In this document: piece after piece, positions 9,574 to 18,793 of the stretch
How the letters are laid out: each line of letters begins with the position of its first letter
Position numbering within the stretch: the first letter of the stretch is position 1
Origin: a virus
Lineage: Duplodnaviria > Caudoviricetes
IMG/VR virus record: IMGVR_UViG_3300005538_000014
Location: 1 to 57,559 of that record
Length of the DNA stretch: 57,559 nucleotides
Reading direction: 5' to 3' (one strand)
Position numbers and translations under genes: made by a program
The notes under the pieces: generated by a model
Database searches by the model: none
Told to the model about the DNA's origin: nothing
What the model saw: the letters and a program-made list of their open reading frames with translations, nothing else

Positions 9574-10371
9574 TTACCCTGTCGGGAGGCCGGTCGTGCC
9601 GCCGCCAGTTTGTACGCCACCGTGCGTGTGATGGCTGACGGTGTGGCCGCCGTTGAACGTCCCCTCACCAGCGGCCGTAACTGTGCCCGGACCGTTGATG
9701 TTGCCGTTCTTGTCGATTGTTACCCCATTCAGGTTGATTTGCCCGTTCGGGGTGGTGATGGTCGCACCACCGCTGCCATTCACGGTCGCGGTGAGATTGC
9801 CGGCATTCGTGCTTGTGATGTTGCCGCTCGGGTCGATGTCGACCGTGGCTTTTGTCGCGCCGCCGTTGTGAACCTCCAAATGGACATGCACGGCAGCCGA
9901 GGTGTTCTTTGAAATCTTCCACTTGCCGTCGAGATCGAGGCCAGTCAAATCCTTGTGCGTGGTATCCGTCGCGATGCGGAGGTATGTTCCGCTCGGGTGA
10001 TAGAACTCGAAATTTCCATTGTCGTCGGTGTAGCAGTAAACGTCACTCGGATCGCGCTTGATGCGCGCACTGAATACCGACTCGTCAAAGAGCATCTGGC
10101 AGACTTGGGGGTACACAAACCCAAGGACGATTGGGCGCTTCCCGACGAATCCGACACACGCGATGATGTCGCGGTTCCCCGATGCTTGCGGATCGTACTC
10201 GTTGTTCGGATCGGTTACGGTTGGGGCTACCAGGCCGGATTCGCCGAAATCCGTTCCCGAGAGATCGCACATGCACTGCACCATCGGGATTGCTTGCCCG
10301 TTTCGGAGCATCAGGAGATCAACGGCATTCGCGCCGTTATGAACGCCACAGACCTTCGCAAACTCAAGCAT
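9574..10371 (-). CDS. baseplate central spike (gpV/gp5-like)
   Basis: OB-fold-like N-terminus, beta-repeat C-terminus and terminal HHTHGGV metal-binding tip; start MLEFAKV overlaps the hub gene end. Confidence 0.85.
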   Translation of the reverse strand: MLEFAKVCGVHNGANAVDLLMLRNGQAIPMVQCMCDLSGTDFGESGLVAPTVTDPNNEYDPQASGNRDIIACVGFVGKRPIVLGFVYPQVCQMLFDESVFSARIKRDPSDVYCYTDDNGNFEFYHPSGTYLRIATDTTHKDLTGLDLDGKWKISKNTSAAVHVHLEVHNGGATKATVDIDPSGNITSTNAGNLTATVNGSGGATITTPNGQINLNGVTIDKNGNINGPGTVTAAGEGTFNGGHTVSHHTHGGVQTGGGTTGLPTG

Positions 10372-11857
10372 AGACACCCGCCGCCGCCATTTCGGTGAGG
10401 TACGGGCTTGCCGATCCACTGCCCTCCTCAATGCGTTGAATAAACCCTGTACCGCGGTCCAATTCGGCCGTAGTCCGATAGGTGCGGAACGGCAAGTAGG
10501 TATGCGTCACGGCCGGCACATAGTATTCCGAGTTCAGGCCGCCGCCATTTTGACCGCCGCGATTGATTTGCAGGATGGTGCCGGCCTTGATCGTTTCGTC
10601 GCCGCGCAATTCGGCCGCACCCTTCTCAAAGACCACGTTGTCCCGATTGAGGTTCGCGAGCAGCTTGCGTTTGGCAATCATATAGTCGAGGACGTTCTGG
10701 TTGCCCGTGTCGTAATCGCCCTGCTTTTTGCCGTCGATACGTGGGCCTTGCTGAGATTGCACTTGCAGCATGCGGAGTCCGTACAGAGTGTCCGTCGAGT
10801 TCGGATAGTCGTGGAGGTAGAAATCCGAGACATCCTGTTGCTGCGCCGCGGCACGGAAGAGCACGGGATCGGTCATGCTGTATTGCTGCGCGTCAACCCA
10901 ATAATAGTTATAGACACCAGCGTCAGAGCGAGTGACATTGAGCGAGACCAGCGCATCATCGAAAATCGGGTTGACAATAGGAGGATTGGTGACTGGCTGA
11001 ATCCAAGCCCCTGTCGGGTCTTTGTATGGCATGGGGCGGTACACGACGTACGGAGCGTCCTCCCGATCCTCTACATACAATTCATTCTGGAAGAGGTCGC
11101 CAAAGTATCGCATGAGGTCGTAGATCGAGCCACCGGCCCACGCGTTGGTGCCGAACGGCGAAACGATGGCGTTTTGCACGGTCGCGTCGACCGCGAAGCT
11201 GACGATTGGTGATTGCGCGCCATTCGAGCCTCCGCTCGTTTGCATGTTGTCGATGAATTGCTGAACTGGCCCTTCCACCAACTGTTGAATGAACTCGGAG
11301 GCGTCCAGATTGGCGTCCGTGCTGATCCCGTAGTTCACGAACAGCTTGAAATAGGTGAGCAAGTCCTGACCGAGAACATGGTTCGGCAGGTACACAATCT
11401 GACACATTTGCAGGAGTTTGCCGTAGTCCTGACCGGAGACCGTCACCGTCCGCTGCGGCCCACCGGCAGAGCCGATGGTTTCCCCGCGGGTTACGTTCGT
11501 GACAAGCCCCCTCATCATCAGCGGCAGCCCGGCCGGCGTTCCGAGGCCGGAGTAAAGCGTCGCATCGCGCGCCATGCGGATTTCAATGACATCGAGCGGC
11601 TCGATTACGCCGTAGAGCGAGTCCATTGAATCGAGATCGAGCTTGTCTGCGAGTACGACCGAGAACATGCCGCACGGTTCGCGCACCGATTTACGCGTGA
11701 CGACTTGCCCGAACTCACCGATGTACGGTGTGAGGTCGACGGTGCGCGCGGAACCCTGAAACCGCTGCGACGCCGCGATGTTGCCGGAGACGGTAGCGCG
11801 CCCAATGTTCTTCTTGAGCACCACCGAAATTTGCGGCTCAAAAACCTTAACCGCCAT
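10364..11857 (-). CDS. baseplate hub protein
   Basis: Lies between tape measure and spike; GMFSVVL, MMRGLVTNV, VTVSGQDYGK, YYVPAVTH motifs. Confidence 0.75.
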   Translation of the reverse strand: MAVKVFEPQISVVLKKNIGRATVSGNIAASQRFQGSARTVDLTPYIGEFGQVVTRKSVREPCGMFSVVLADKLDLDSMDSLYGVIEPLDVIEIRMARDATLYSGLGTPAGLPLMMRGLVTNVTRGETIGSAGGPQRTVTVSGQDYGKLLQMCQIVYLPNHVLGQDLLTYFKLFVNYGISTDANLDASEFIQQLVEGPVQQFIDNMQTSGGSNGAQSPIVSFAVDATVQNAIVSPFGTNAWAGGSIYDLMRYFGDLFQNELYVEDREDAPYVVYRPMPYKDPTGAWIQPVTNPPIVNPIFDDALVSLNVTRSDAGVYNYYWVDAQQYSMTDPVLFRAAAQQQDVSDFYLHDYPNSTDTLYGLRMLQVQSQQGPRIDGKKQGDYDTGNQNVLDYMIAKRKLLANLNRDNVVFEKGAAELRGDETIKAGTILQINRGGQNGGGLNSEYYVPAVTHTYLPFRTYRTTAELDRGTGFIQRIEEGSGSASPYLTEMAAAGVYA

Positions 11858-14405
11858 CTGCGCCCAACCCCATGTTGAAGGCTGGCAGCGGAGCGTAGCC
11901 ACTCGCGCCACCAGGATTGAAACTTTGCAGAGACACCCGGTTCAGCGGCACGCCACGCGAATCGACCATGTTAAGGTTGACCTCGTGCGAGAATTTGACG
12001 TGCTTCAAAATCTTGTCGGCGTACAACGGATCGCCGCCGCCGTTGTAAGCCATGAGGGCGTCGTGAATCCTCCCCTTTGAGTGAATGAGGTCCGCGAGGT
12101 AGTGCAGCCCGGCATTCACGTTTTCGTCAGGGATGTCGCGGTTCAAACCGTATCCGCGAGCCGTGCGACGGGTCACTTGCATGATTCCATGGACGCCAGT
12201 CGGGCTAGTCGTGCGCAGGCCCATGGAGGATTCCTGCATCGCCTGCGCTTCGGCCAATTTGGTAAAATCGGCAACAGACATTCCCGCACGCGCGGCATAT
12301 TTCGCCGCATACTTGTCAACGAGCGCGCGCGCGGCCTTCTGAATGGCAGATCGAGTGCCGGAGGTCGCGGGGCCGCCGCTTCCGCTCCCGCTCCCGCCGC
12401 CAATCCTGTTGCCATGCGCGTCGAAACCGACATCCCGCATGTGCTTCTCGATTCCTTGACGCACCGCATTGGAATAGTCGTTCTGTACGCTCCCACTCTC
12501 GGCCCACCATGGGTTGTCGAAATAGGGAAAGAGGTCGTCGAGCTTCGACGGGTTTCCGGCCTTCACCGACGCGTCAAAGCGGGCGCTCCCCATCTTGATT
12601 GCGTCGTCGAGCTTCGGCACGTCTGGATTGAGGCCAAGAATTGCCCCGACGCGGAGGTTTGTGTCAGCCGACAAGCCGATGTCTCGCCGCGACTTGTACT
12701 TTTTGATAAAATCGGTTTTCGCCTCTTGTTCGTAACGCAACTGCGCCTTGTACTCTTCTGGTGCCAAATGTTGCGCGAGAGCCTCTACAGACTCTTTGAT
12801 CCTATTCAGGATGGGCGTGATGTTGCCGCCGAGCCGCGTCAACTCGTCGGTGATGTCCTTGGTCGATTTCAGGATCGCCTGCCCCGGATCCTGATACTGG
12901 TTGAACTTGTCCTCGATCTTGTCGCGCTCGCTCTTGGACAGCTTGGCCGGGTCGGCGGTCATAAGCTGCCGCGCGAACGCGAGTGGGACACCCCACTGGT
13001 TTGATGCGAACTCGGTTGCCAATTCGTCGTTGCCGCCAGCCTCGCGTTTGATTTGCTGCCGGACAGCCTGCAAGACGGTCTGATTGCTGAATTTCCCCCG
13101 GCCCACCCATCCGGCAAACGGACCGCCAGCGCCAAACGCGCGTTGCGGCGTGCCAAAGAGGCCCTGTTGCCACAGGGCTTTCGAGGCGAACGGATCGCGG
13201 ATTCCGAATTGTTGCTGGAAGGCACGCATGCTCAAATTCATGCTGGCCTCGCCGAACGCGCCGCCCTGGCGCTGCGCGGCGTCAGCAGTCGCGAGCATCG
13301 ACGCCGTGTCGCCGGGCGTCATTCCGGGGCGCTTCGTGCCGGTGAGTGCGGCCAACTCGCTCGCGTAGCCCTCTACATTGGGCGTCGAGAGCGACATTCG
13401 CGCGGCCGTGATAGCGAAGCTCTGTACGGCGGAGATCATCTCATCCGCCTTGGCCGGATAGCCGCCCTTCTTGATTGCGTCCGCGATCATGTTCGCGAGG
13501 CGGCGGTTCTCGTTGTCGCGGCCGCCTGTGACGCCAAGGCGCTGCATTGTCGCCATGAAATCGACGCCGGAAGCGTTGTCGATGCCGAACGCGGCAGACA
13601 GGCCCAATCCTTGGCGCAGCCCGCGGATGCCGCCGCGGCCGCCGCTCACGCGCACGTACTCGTTTGCGAGCTTGGCGGACTCCACATACGTCACTGCCAG
13701 GCCGCCAGTTGCGGCGCGCGTTTGCGCTTGCAGTTTGTCGAAACTCTCGCCGAGATCGCCCATGCGGCGGCGCAGCGTGTTGATGCTGATTGCTTCGTCG
13801 GAATAGAGTTCGTTCGCCTTACCGACCATCGAGCCGACAGCACCAATGCCGGCGAGTGCAAGCGTGGAACCGACCATCGACATCGCCATAGACGGCGCAC
13901 GCCCGGCCACGCGGCCCATCGTGCGCCTCCACCACGGCTGCGGTCCTGGCGGCTCCTCCTCCACCGGAGGTTCGCCGTACTGCGCGGCATAAGCCGTGCC
14001 CTGCAACCCAACTTGGATCATGCGCATACGATGCGCACGAGCGTCCGACGCATTCTGGAAAGTGCCGGTGTGCCCGCGATACCACTCGGGGAAATCATCG
14101 AACTGGCGCACGCGCTGAGAGCCAATGGAGCGGCTCTTCCGCATGCGATCCCAATTATCGAGGAATTTTTTTACATCATCGTCGGAGAACGGCTTGCGCT
14201 TCTCCCGCTCCAAGATGTTTTTGACGCTTTTGAGAGTCTCGGCGGATCGCTCCACCTGTTTCATTGCCGAGGCGAGCTTCTCCGCCGCCTTGGCATTGCG
14301 CTCCATCGACGACGCGGCAGACTTTGCGGCGCTGTCAAGCTGCCGGATGTTCGCATTCGCGCCGGACGTGTTTGCGCCAACGTCGATGTCGATTTTTTGC
14401 GTCAT
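11847..14405 (-). CDS. tape measure protein with C-terminal lytic transglycosylase (SLT) domain
   Basis: Long Ala/Gly helical protein after the chaperones; AMQESS...HGIMQV...NVNAGLHYL...ALMAYNGG SLT motifs. Confidence 0.9.
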   Translation of the reverse strand: MTQKIDIDVGANTSGANANIRQLDSAAKSAASSMERNAKAAEKLASAMKQVERSAETLKSVKNILEREKRKPFSDDDVKKFLDNWDRMRKSRSIGSQRVRQFDDFPEWYRGHTGTFQNASDARAHRMRMIQVGLQGTAYAAQYGEPPVEEEPPGPQPWWRRTMGRVAGRAPSMAMSMVGSTLALAGIGAVGSMVGKANELYSDEAISINTLRRRMGDLGESFDKLQAQTRAATGGLAVTYVESAKLANEYVRVSGGRGGIRGLRQGLGLSAAFGIDNASGVDFMATMQRLGVTGGRDNENRRLANMIADAIKKGGYPAKADEMISAVQSFAITAARMSLSTPNVEGYASELAALTGTKRPGMTPGDTASMLATADAAQRQGGAFGEASMNLSMRAFQQQFGIRDPFASKALWQQGLFGTPQRAFGAGGPFAGWVGRGKFSNQTVLQAVRQQIKREAGGNDELATEFASNQWGVPLAFARQLMTADPAKLSKSERDKIEDKFNQYQDPGQAILKSTKDITDELTRLGGNITPILNRIKESVEALAQHLAPEEYKAQLRYEQEAKTDFIKKYKSRRDIGLSADTNLRVGAILGLNPDVPKLDDAIKMGSARFDASVKAGNPSKLDDLFPYFDNPWWAESGSVQNDYSNAVRQGIEKHMRDVGFDAHGNRIGGGSGSGSGGPATSGTRSAIQKAARALVDKYAAKYAARAGMSVADFTKLAEAQAMQESSMGLRTTSPTGVHGIMQVTRRTARGYGLNRDIPDENVNAGLHYLADLIHSKGRIHDALMAYNGGGDPLYADKILKHVKFSHEVNLNMVDSRGVPLNRVSLQSFNPGGASGYAPLPAFNMGLGADGG

Positions 14406-14412
14406 GCCGAGA

Positions 14413-14682
14413 TCATGGCGTCACGCGCGGCGCAGTGCCGTCAGCGCACTCACGCTGAAACTCCTCCAACTCCGCCTCGAAATCGTCGTCGACCCACTCC
14501 TCACCGTTCGGATTTTCGGTGTAATAGTGGGCGTAGAAATCCGTCAGCATTTCCTCAAGTGTTGCTTCGAGGAAGAGTGGATCGTTGGGCGCGAGGTTGT
14601 ACTTGCGGCGGAACCAAAATTCGAGCGTGCCTTTAAGCCGCTTTCCCTGCTCCCGCGCCCGGCTTTTGAGTTCCCGCTCGAA
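14413..14682 (-). CDS. frameshifted extension of the tail assembly chaperone (gpGT-like), absent from the ORF track
   Basis: +1 frame from TTT-CGA (14683-14678) reads FERELKSRAREQGKRLKGTLEFWFRRKYNLAPNDPLFLEATLEEMLTDFYAHYY... to TGA at 14415-14413. Confidence 0.7.
   Translation of the reverse strand, partial: FERELKSRAREQGKRLKGTLEFWFRRKYNLAPNDPLFLEATLEEMLTDFYAHYYTENPNGEEWVDDDFEAELEEFQRECADGTAPRVTP
14419..14425 (-). promoter_or_regulatory. late-promoter motif (CGTGACG-C-CATGAT-N6-ATG)
   Basis: 13 nt before the tape measure ATG 14405. Confidence 0.75.
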
Positions 14683-14983
14683 ACGCGGCCCGCTTATCGC
14701 GAAGCGCGCCCCAAACCGTCCAAAGGCGTTGATACGTTTCGTCGGTTTCCGGGTCCATCGCGTCGATGTCCCAACCTTCCGGCACCTCTACAGCGAGCAC
14801 CTTGAGTTCGGCCATGACGGACGCGAGGTGCTGGAAATACTCCGGCACGTCGTTCAGGCCCTCGGTCAGCCGCGAATACTCGGCCTCGATCATCGCCTGG
14901 ATTCGGAGGTTCTTTTGCGCGAACCGGAACGTGCCGACGCCTTCAACGTCGACCACGAAATCGCTTGCAGATTGTTTCATCAT
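14633..14983 (-). CDS. tail assembly chaperone
   Basis: 116 aa between tail tube and tape measure; VEVPEGW motif. Confidence 0.75.
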   Translation of the reverse strand: MMKQSASDFVVDVEGVGTFRFAQKNLRIQAMIEAEYSRLTEGLNDVPEYFQHLASVMAELKVLAVEVPEGWDIDAMDPETDETYQRLWTVWGALRDKRAAFRAGTQKPGAGAGKAA

Positions 14984-14996
14984 GCGGCGAGCGTGC

Positions 14997-15003
14997 CGTC
15001 ACG
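14997..15003 (-). promoter_or_regulatory. late-promoter motif (CGTGACG-G-CACGCT-N6-ATG)
   Basis: 13 nt before ATG 14983, just downstream of a terminator. Confidence 0.75.
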
Positions 15004-15030
15004 ACCAGTTTTTTCGCTGAAAAACTGGAC

Positions 15031-15059
15031 AAAAAAAGAGCGGACCCGAAGGCCCGCTC
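15031..15059 (-). terminator. rho-independent terminator after the tail tube gene
   Basis: - strand GAGCGGGCC-TTCG-GGTCCGCTC-TTTTTTT. Confidence 0.9.
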
Positions 15060-15086
15060 CAAGATTGCACCGCAAATGAAAGGAGT

Positions 15087-15509
15087 TTAGACGCCCGTCC
15101 CGCGCGCGTCGAGCGCGTAGAAGGTGCCATTCGCCATGACGATTTGATGCTTGGTGATTTCGACATCGCCGGAGGCGTAGGAGCAGCCGACATAGGTACG
15201 GAGAACGTCTCCGCTATCCTTGTCCTGTACGACGAAATCGAATACCAGTCCCTGCAGCACCTCGTCCCCGTTCTCAGCGAAGATGCCATCCTTCACCATG
15301 AGTTCCTTGTTGAGGATCATCTTGGAGACAGAGATCGTGTGCCGCGCCACGGTCGGCACGTATTCCTGTGCGTGGATGTCGCCGACGCCGCTTGCCATTT
15401 CCGGCGCGTAATCGTCGTTCATGCGGACGGACTGGATAAGCCCGTACTGCTTGCCGTCGAACGTAACGAGCGTTCGGTTGCCGCTACGAGTTTTCAGATT
15501 GACTTGCAT
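15087..15509 (-). CDS. tail tube protein
   Basis: 140 aa directly after the sheath; GLIQSVRMNDDY, GVGDIHAQEYVP, YVGCS. Confidence 0.85.
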   Translation of the reverse strand: MQVNLKTRSGNRTLVTFDGKQYGLIQSVRMNDDYAPEMASGVGDIHAQEYVPTVARHTISVSKMILNKELMVKDGIFAENGDEVLQGLVFDFVVQDKDSGDVLRTYVGCSYASGDVEITKHQIVMANGTFYALDARGTGV

Positions 15510-15524
15510 TGACTATGCGCCCCC

Positions 15525-17555
15525 TTACGCGCTGGCCGAGCCAGAGTACGGAACGGCGTACACAGTGACCGTCACGTAGTTGACCGGAATGACTGGCGAG
15601 ACTTGTCCCGTCACCGCGATCACATCGCCAACGAGCGTCGCGCTGAGGTTCTGGAACGGCGGGTTCGTGGAGTCGCCCGCGAGCACGCCAGGTCCGTTCG
15701 GCTCCGGCACGGCGAGGCCGTTCAGGCACGTCTCGGAGATCGAGATTGCCTGTGCCAGAACATCCGGCGTCCCCTTCTTGCCGATGAGAGGTTTGAGCGC
15801 CGCGCGCCACGAAAGCAGCACGTAGTCCAGTGCGGAGCCGGTCGAGATTTCAACCTTGTCGTAGCTGTTATCGTTCAGCCACGTACTGACGCTCTGAACC
15901 ACCTCGAAGCCGTCCGGCGTCTGCACGACACAGAACACGCCGCCGTTGATCAGGGCGTCCGTGTCGGACGGAACCCGGAGTTGCCCGGAAGTTCCGTCGT
16001 GATGCAGAGTCGGAGCAAGGCCGCGCACGATCAGCGACTTGCCGGTGAGCGGAGTGCCCGGCCCCGCGCCAGCGAACCCGCCAGCAACGAGGGCTGCCAG
16101 AATGTACGGCGCGTAGGTGTTAAGCTGCTTGCTCTTGCCGTTGCCAGCGCCGACCGGATAGTCCATGTAGCTCTGATAAATCAGGCCCGTGCGGTCGCTG
16201 TTGAAGAGAAGCGCCTGTGCGAGGGCCTGGTCATCCGTGGTGCCGCTCGCCATGCCGAAGAAATTGCGCCGCTCGGACCGCCCGATGGTGGACATGTACT
16301 GCGCGTGCGCGTCCGCCATCGCCCCGATTGTGCCGCTGCTCGAAAGAGCGCACAGCCACCGACAATCAAGGATGGTCTGCATGAGCGTGAATGCGTTGGA
16401 CCAGTCGCCATTCACCGGACTCTGCACGATCTCGCCCGAGAACGGCGTGTTGGTCACGACCGCAAGGTTGCCCTGAACGCCGAACAGGTTTTGCGCGTTC
16501 GTGGTGAGCGGCGAATAGGCGCTGTTCAGGTAGTCAACGACCGCCTGAATGTTGCCCGTCGCGGTGTAGAGGCCGGTCTTGACGTCGACAGTCGTACACT
16601 TGTCGAGGTTGTTAAGCACCGCCTGCCCGGCGTAGCCATTGACCGGAGTCGCGGCAAAGCCGACCGCATTGGCGTTGATGTACGCGCACATGTCGTCGAT
16701 GCGGTTGAAATTCGCGAGCGTAAGCTGCAAAATCTGCGTTCCAGACGGCGCATACAGCGTCAGCGTAGCGTTGCTGATCGTCATTTGTGCGGATGCAGCC
16801 CCGCCACTGTATTGGATCGTAAACAGGTTGCGGTGAATGTTGTCCTGAGAGTAGGACACCGCGCCGAGGGCCACCGTGACGAGGTAGCCGTTCTTGCTGC
16901 CGTTCGCGACCGAGATCGACATGTTGTTGCCGCGACCCCACGACTGCGCCTGGACGCTGATCGCGTTGTTGCCCGCGCCGTCCTTGAGCATCGTGGACGC
17001 CTGCACGAGATCGCCGAAGCACTGGTACGTGCCGAGCACCGTTGCAGCGCCAGGGTTCGAGGCCAGTGGATATGAAAAGTGCGTGGGATCGACCACGGTG
17101 ACGACGAGGCCGGAGCCATTGTAGCCGGAGGGCGTACAACCGGCGATGGTTACCTGATCGCCATTCGTCATGTTCGAGGTCGAGGCGACTTGCACGGTGA
17201 CCGTGCCAGAGGTCCACGACAGGCCAAGGATTGCAGTCGGCCCGTAGCCGGCCTTTTGGTTTTTCACGACCCGGATACAGGAAATCGTGCTCGGCGCGCC
17301 GACATCATCGTCGTCGGATGGATTGAAGGCCGCGCGGCAAGCGTCAACGAGGTCGCCGCTGATGAAGATGGATTGCGCCTGCGCCGGGCTGGATACCTCG
17401 GTTTCGACGCCAGGCTGGCCGTCCTTGGCCGTGCCGACCAGAACGAGCTTTGTACCGACGTTCTGGTTTGCCGGAGACATGGCAGAGTCATTCACCGCGC
17501 TCAAAACTTGGGGCGTGGTGTATTGCTGCCCGTTGTAGAAAATGCCCGCAGTCAT
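15525..17555 (-). CDS. contractile tail sheath protein
   Basis: LVLVGTAKDGQPG, AQSIFISGDL, HAQYMS, PGTPLTGK, LINGGV, VVQSVST, SPVIPVNYV sheath motifs. Confidence 0.9.
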   Translation of the reverse strand: MTAGIFYNGQQYTTPQVLSAVNDSAMSPANQNVGTKLVLVGTAKDGQPGVETEVSSPAQAQSIFISGDLVDACRAAFNPSDDDDVGAPSTISCIRVVKNQKAGYGPTAILGLSWTSGTVTVQVASTSNMTNGDQVTIAGCTPSGYNGSGLVVTVVDPTHFSYPLASNPGAATVLGTYQCFGDLVQASTMLKDGAGNNAISVQAQSWGRGNNMSISVANGSKNGYLVTVALGAVSYSQDNIHRNLFTIQYSGGAASAQMTISNATLTLYAPSGTQILQLTLANFNRIDDMCAYINANAVGFAATPVNGYAGQAVLNNLDKCTTVDVKTGLYTATGNIQAVVDYLNSAYSPLTTNAQNLFGVQGNLAVVTNTPFSGEIVQSPVNGDWSNAFTLMQTILDCRWLCALSSSGTIGAMADAHAQYMSTIGRSERRNFFGMASGTTDDQALAQALLFNSDRTGLIYQSYMDYPVGAGNGKSKQLNTYAPYILAALVAGGFAGAGPGTPLTGKSLIVRGLAPTLHHDGTSGQLRVPSDTDALINGGVFCVVQTPDGFEVVQSVSTWLNDNSYDKVEISTGSALDYVLLSWRAALKPLIGKKGTPDVLAQAISISETCLNGLAVPEPNGPGVLAGDSTNPPFQNLSATLVGDVIAVTGQVSPVIPVNYVTVTVYAVPYSGSASA

Positions 17556-17570
17556 TGGTTACCCCCCCCG

Positions 17571-17846
17571 TTACGCTGGCAGATTGATGAAGGCCGCGTA
17601 GCGCGCGGCGTAGTTTGTGCGTGTGTCGTACGTGCGCTTGCCGACCGTCTCGTAGTGGTAGAAGCCCTTGAGCAACTCCACTCGCTTGTCCGCGTGCGAT
17701 TGGGCGCGGCAAAAATCGGTAATCGAAATCCGCGGCTCTGCTTCCGCTGGCTTCTCCGCGACGGGCGTTGGCCCGCCAGCGGAAACCGGGACAACGCCCG
17801 TATTCAGTGGAGCGGCCGGCTTCGCCGCTTCGGTTTCATTCGACAT
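17571..17846 (-). CDS. small virion-associated hypothetical protein
   Basis: RBS AAGGGG; occupies the position just before the sheath gene. Confidence 0.6.
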   Translation of the reverse strand: MSNETEAAKPAAPLNTGVVPVSAGGPTPVAEKPAEAEPRISITDFCRAQSHADKRVELLKGFYHYETVGKRTYDTRTNYAARYAAFINLPA

Positions 17847-17858
17847 AGTTCAACCCCT

Positions 17859-18698
17859 TCACGTCTCCGTTGCTGTTACCGTCACGTCGGAAATTGGCGT
17901 ACCGTCCGCGAAATCGATCACGCTCGGAGCGAGGCAGGAGAACTCGCCAACGGCCTGATAGACGGGACTGGAAAAGGTCTCGAAATCCTCTTGGTTGGAG
18001 ATCGAGAAATCGATTGTTTCGCAGCCGAGGCTTTCAAAGACTGGCAAATTGCCAATCACGACCGCCTTCAATGCGCGCCGAAGCACGGCGCGTTCGTTCG
18101 GATTCTGCGACCAGGCGATGAGAGTCAGGCGAACGCGCGAGAGCCAGCCCTCATCGGCATGAAACGTGCGGAAAATCGGGTCGAAATAGTCACCAGAGAG
18201 GTCTTCGCCGATCCCGCGAACCTCTGACGAGTCGCCAGAAACATGCACGGTGACGCACGGCCACTTGGCGTTTTCAAAAAGCGGCGGCGCGGAATAGACC
18301 GGGATGTAGTCGTTGTCGTGGGTGAGCGTTCCCGCCTCCACATAGGCGCGCAGCCCATCTTCGAGGCGCGAGCGCATGACGCTTGCGACGTCTTCCGACA
18401 AGTCTGTGAATTGGGAGTTCGGGGTCGCCGAGACGATGTTCGCGAGCGTCCACCATGCGGCCGGGTCGAGATCGTATTCGGCGTAGTAGTACAGGGTGCC
18501 ATTTGACAAGTTTTGGTAATCGATCACCGATGTCGACGCGGCGTCGCCATCGAGCACCACAAACGCGTCCGGGTCGTCGTACCCCGTGAAGGTCCGCGTG
18601 AGCTTGCGGAGGATTCGCACCTCTGCCGTGCCAGCGGGCGGGCTGAATAGCACCTTGACGGCAGTCCCGACCGGGAGCGGCACGGCGGCGTTGATCAT
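17859..18698 (-). CDS. tail completion/terminator-type protein
   Basis: Position before the sheath; WPCVTVH...SQNPNERAVL; FN3-like N-terminal part (LSNGTLYYY). Confidence 0.6.
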   Translation of the reverse strand: MINAAVPLPVGTAVKVLFSPPAGTAEVRILRKLTRTFTGYDDPDAFVVLDGDAASTSVIDYQNLSNGTLYYYAEYDLDPAAWWTLANIVSATPNSQFTDLSEDVASVMRSRLEDGLRAYVEAGTLTHDNDYIPVYSAPPLFENAKWPCVTVHVSGDSSEVRGIGEDLSGDYFDPIFRTFHADEGWLSRVRLTLIAWSQNPNERAVLRRALKAVVIGNLPVFESLGCETIDFSISNQEDFETFSSPVYQAVGEFSCLAPSVIDFADGTPISDVTVTATET

Positions 18699-18711
18699 GG
18701 CGGCAGACTGC

Positions 18712-18718
18712 CGTCACG
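18712..18718 (-). promoter_or_regulatory. late-promoter motif (CGTGACG-G-CAGTCT-N6-ATG)
   Basis: 13 nt before ATG 18698. Confidence 0.75.
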
Positions 18719-18793
18719 ACGCCGTTGTGATTCTCACCACCTCAGAATCTTCGGTAAGGCTGTCGGCAGACGTGTGTTGTCTCATCCGGCCCC

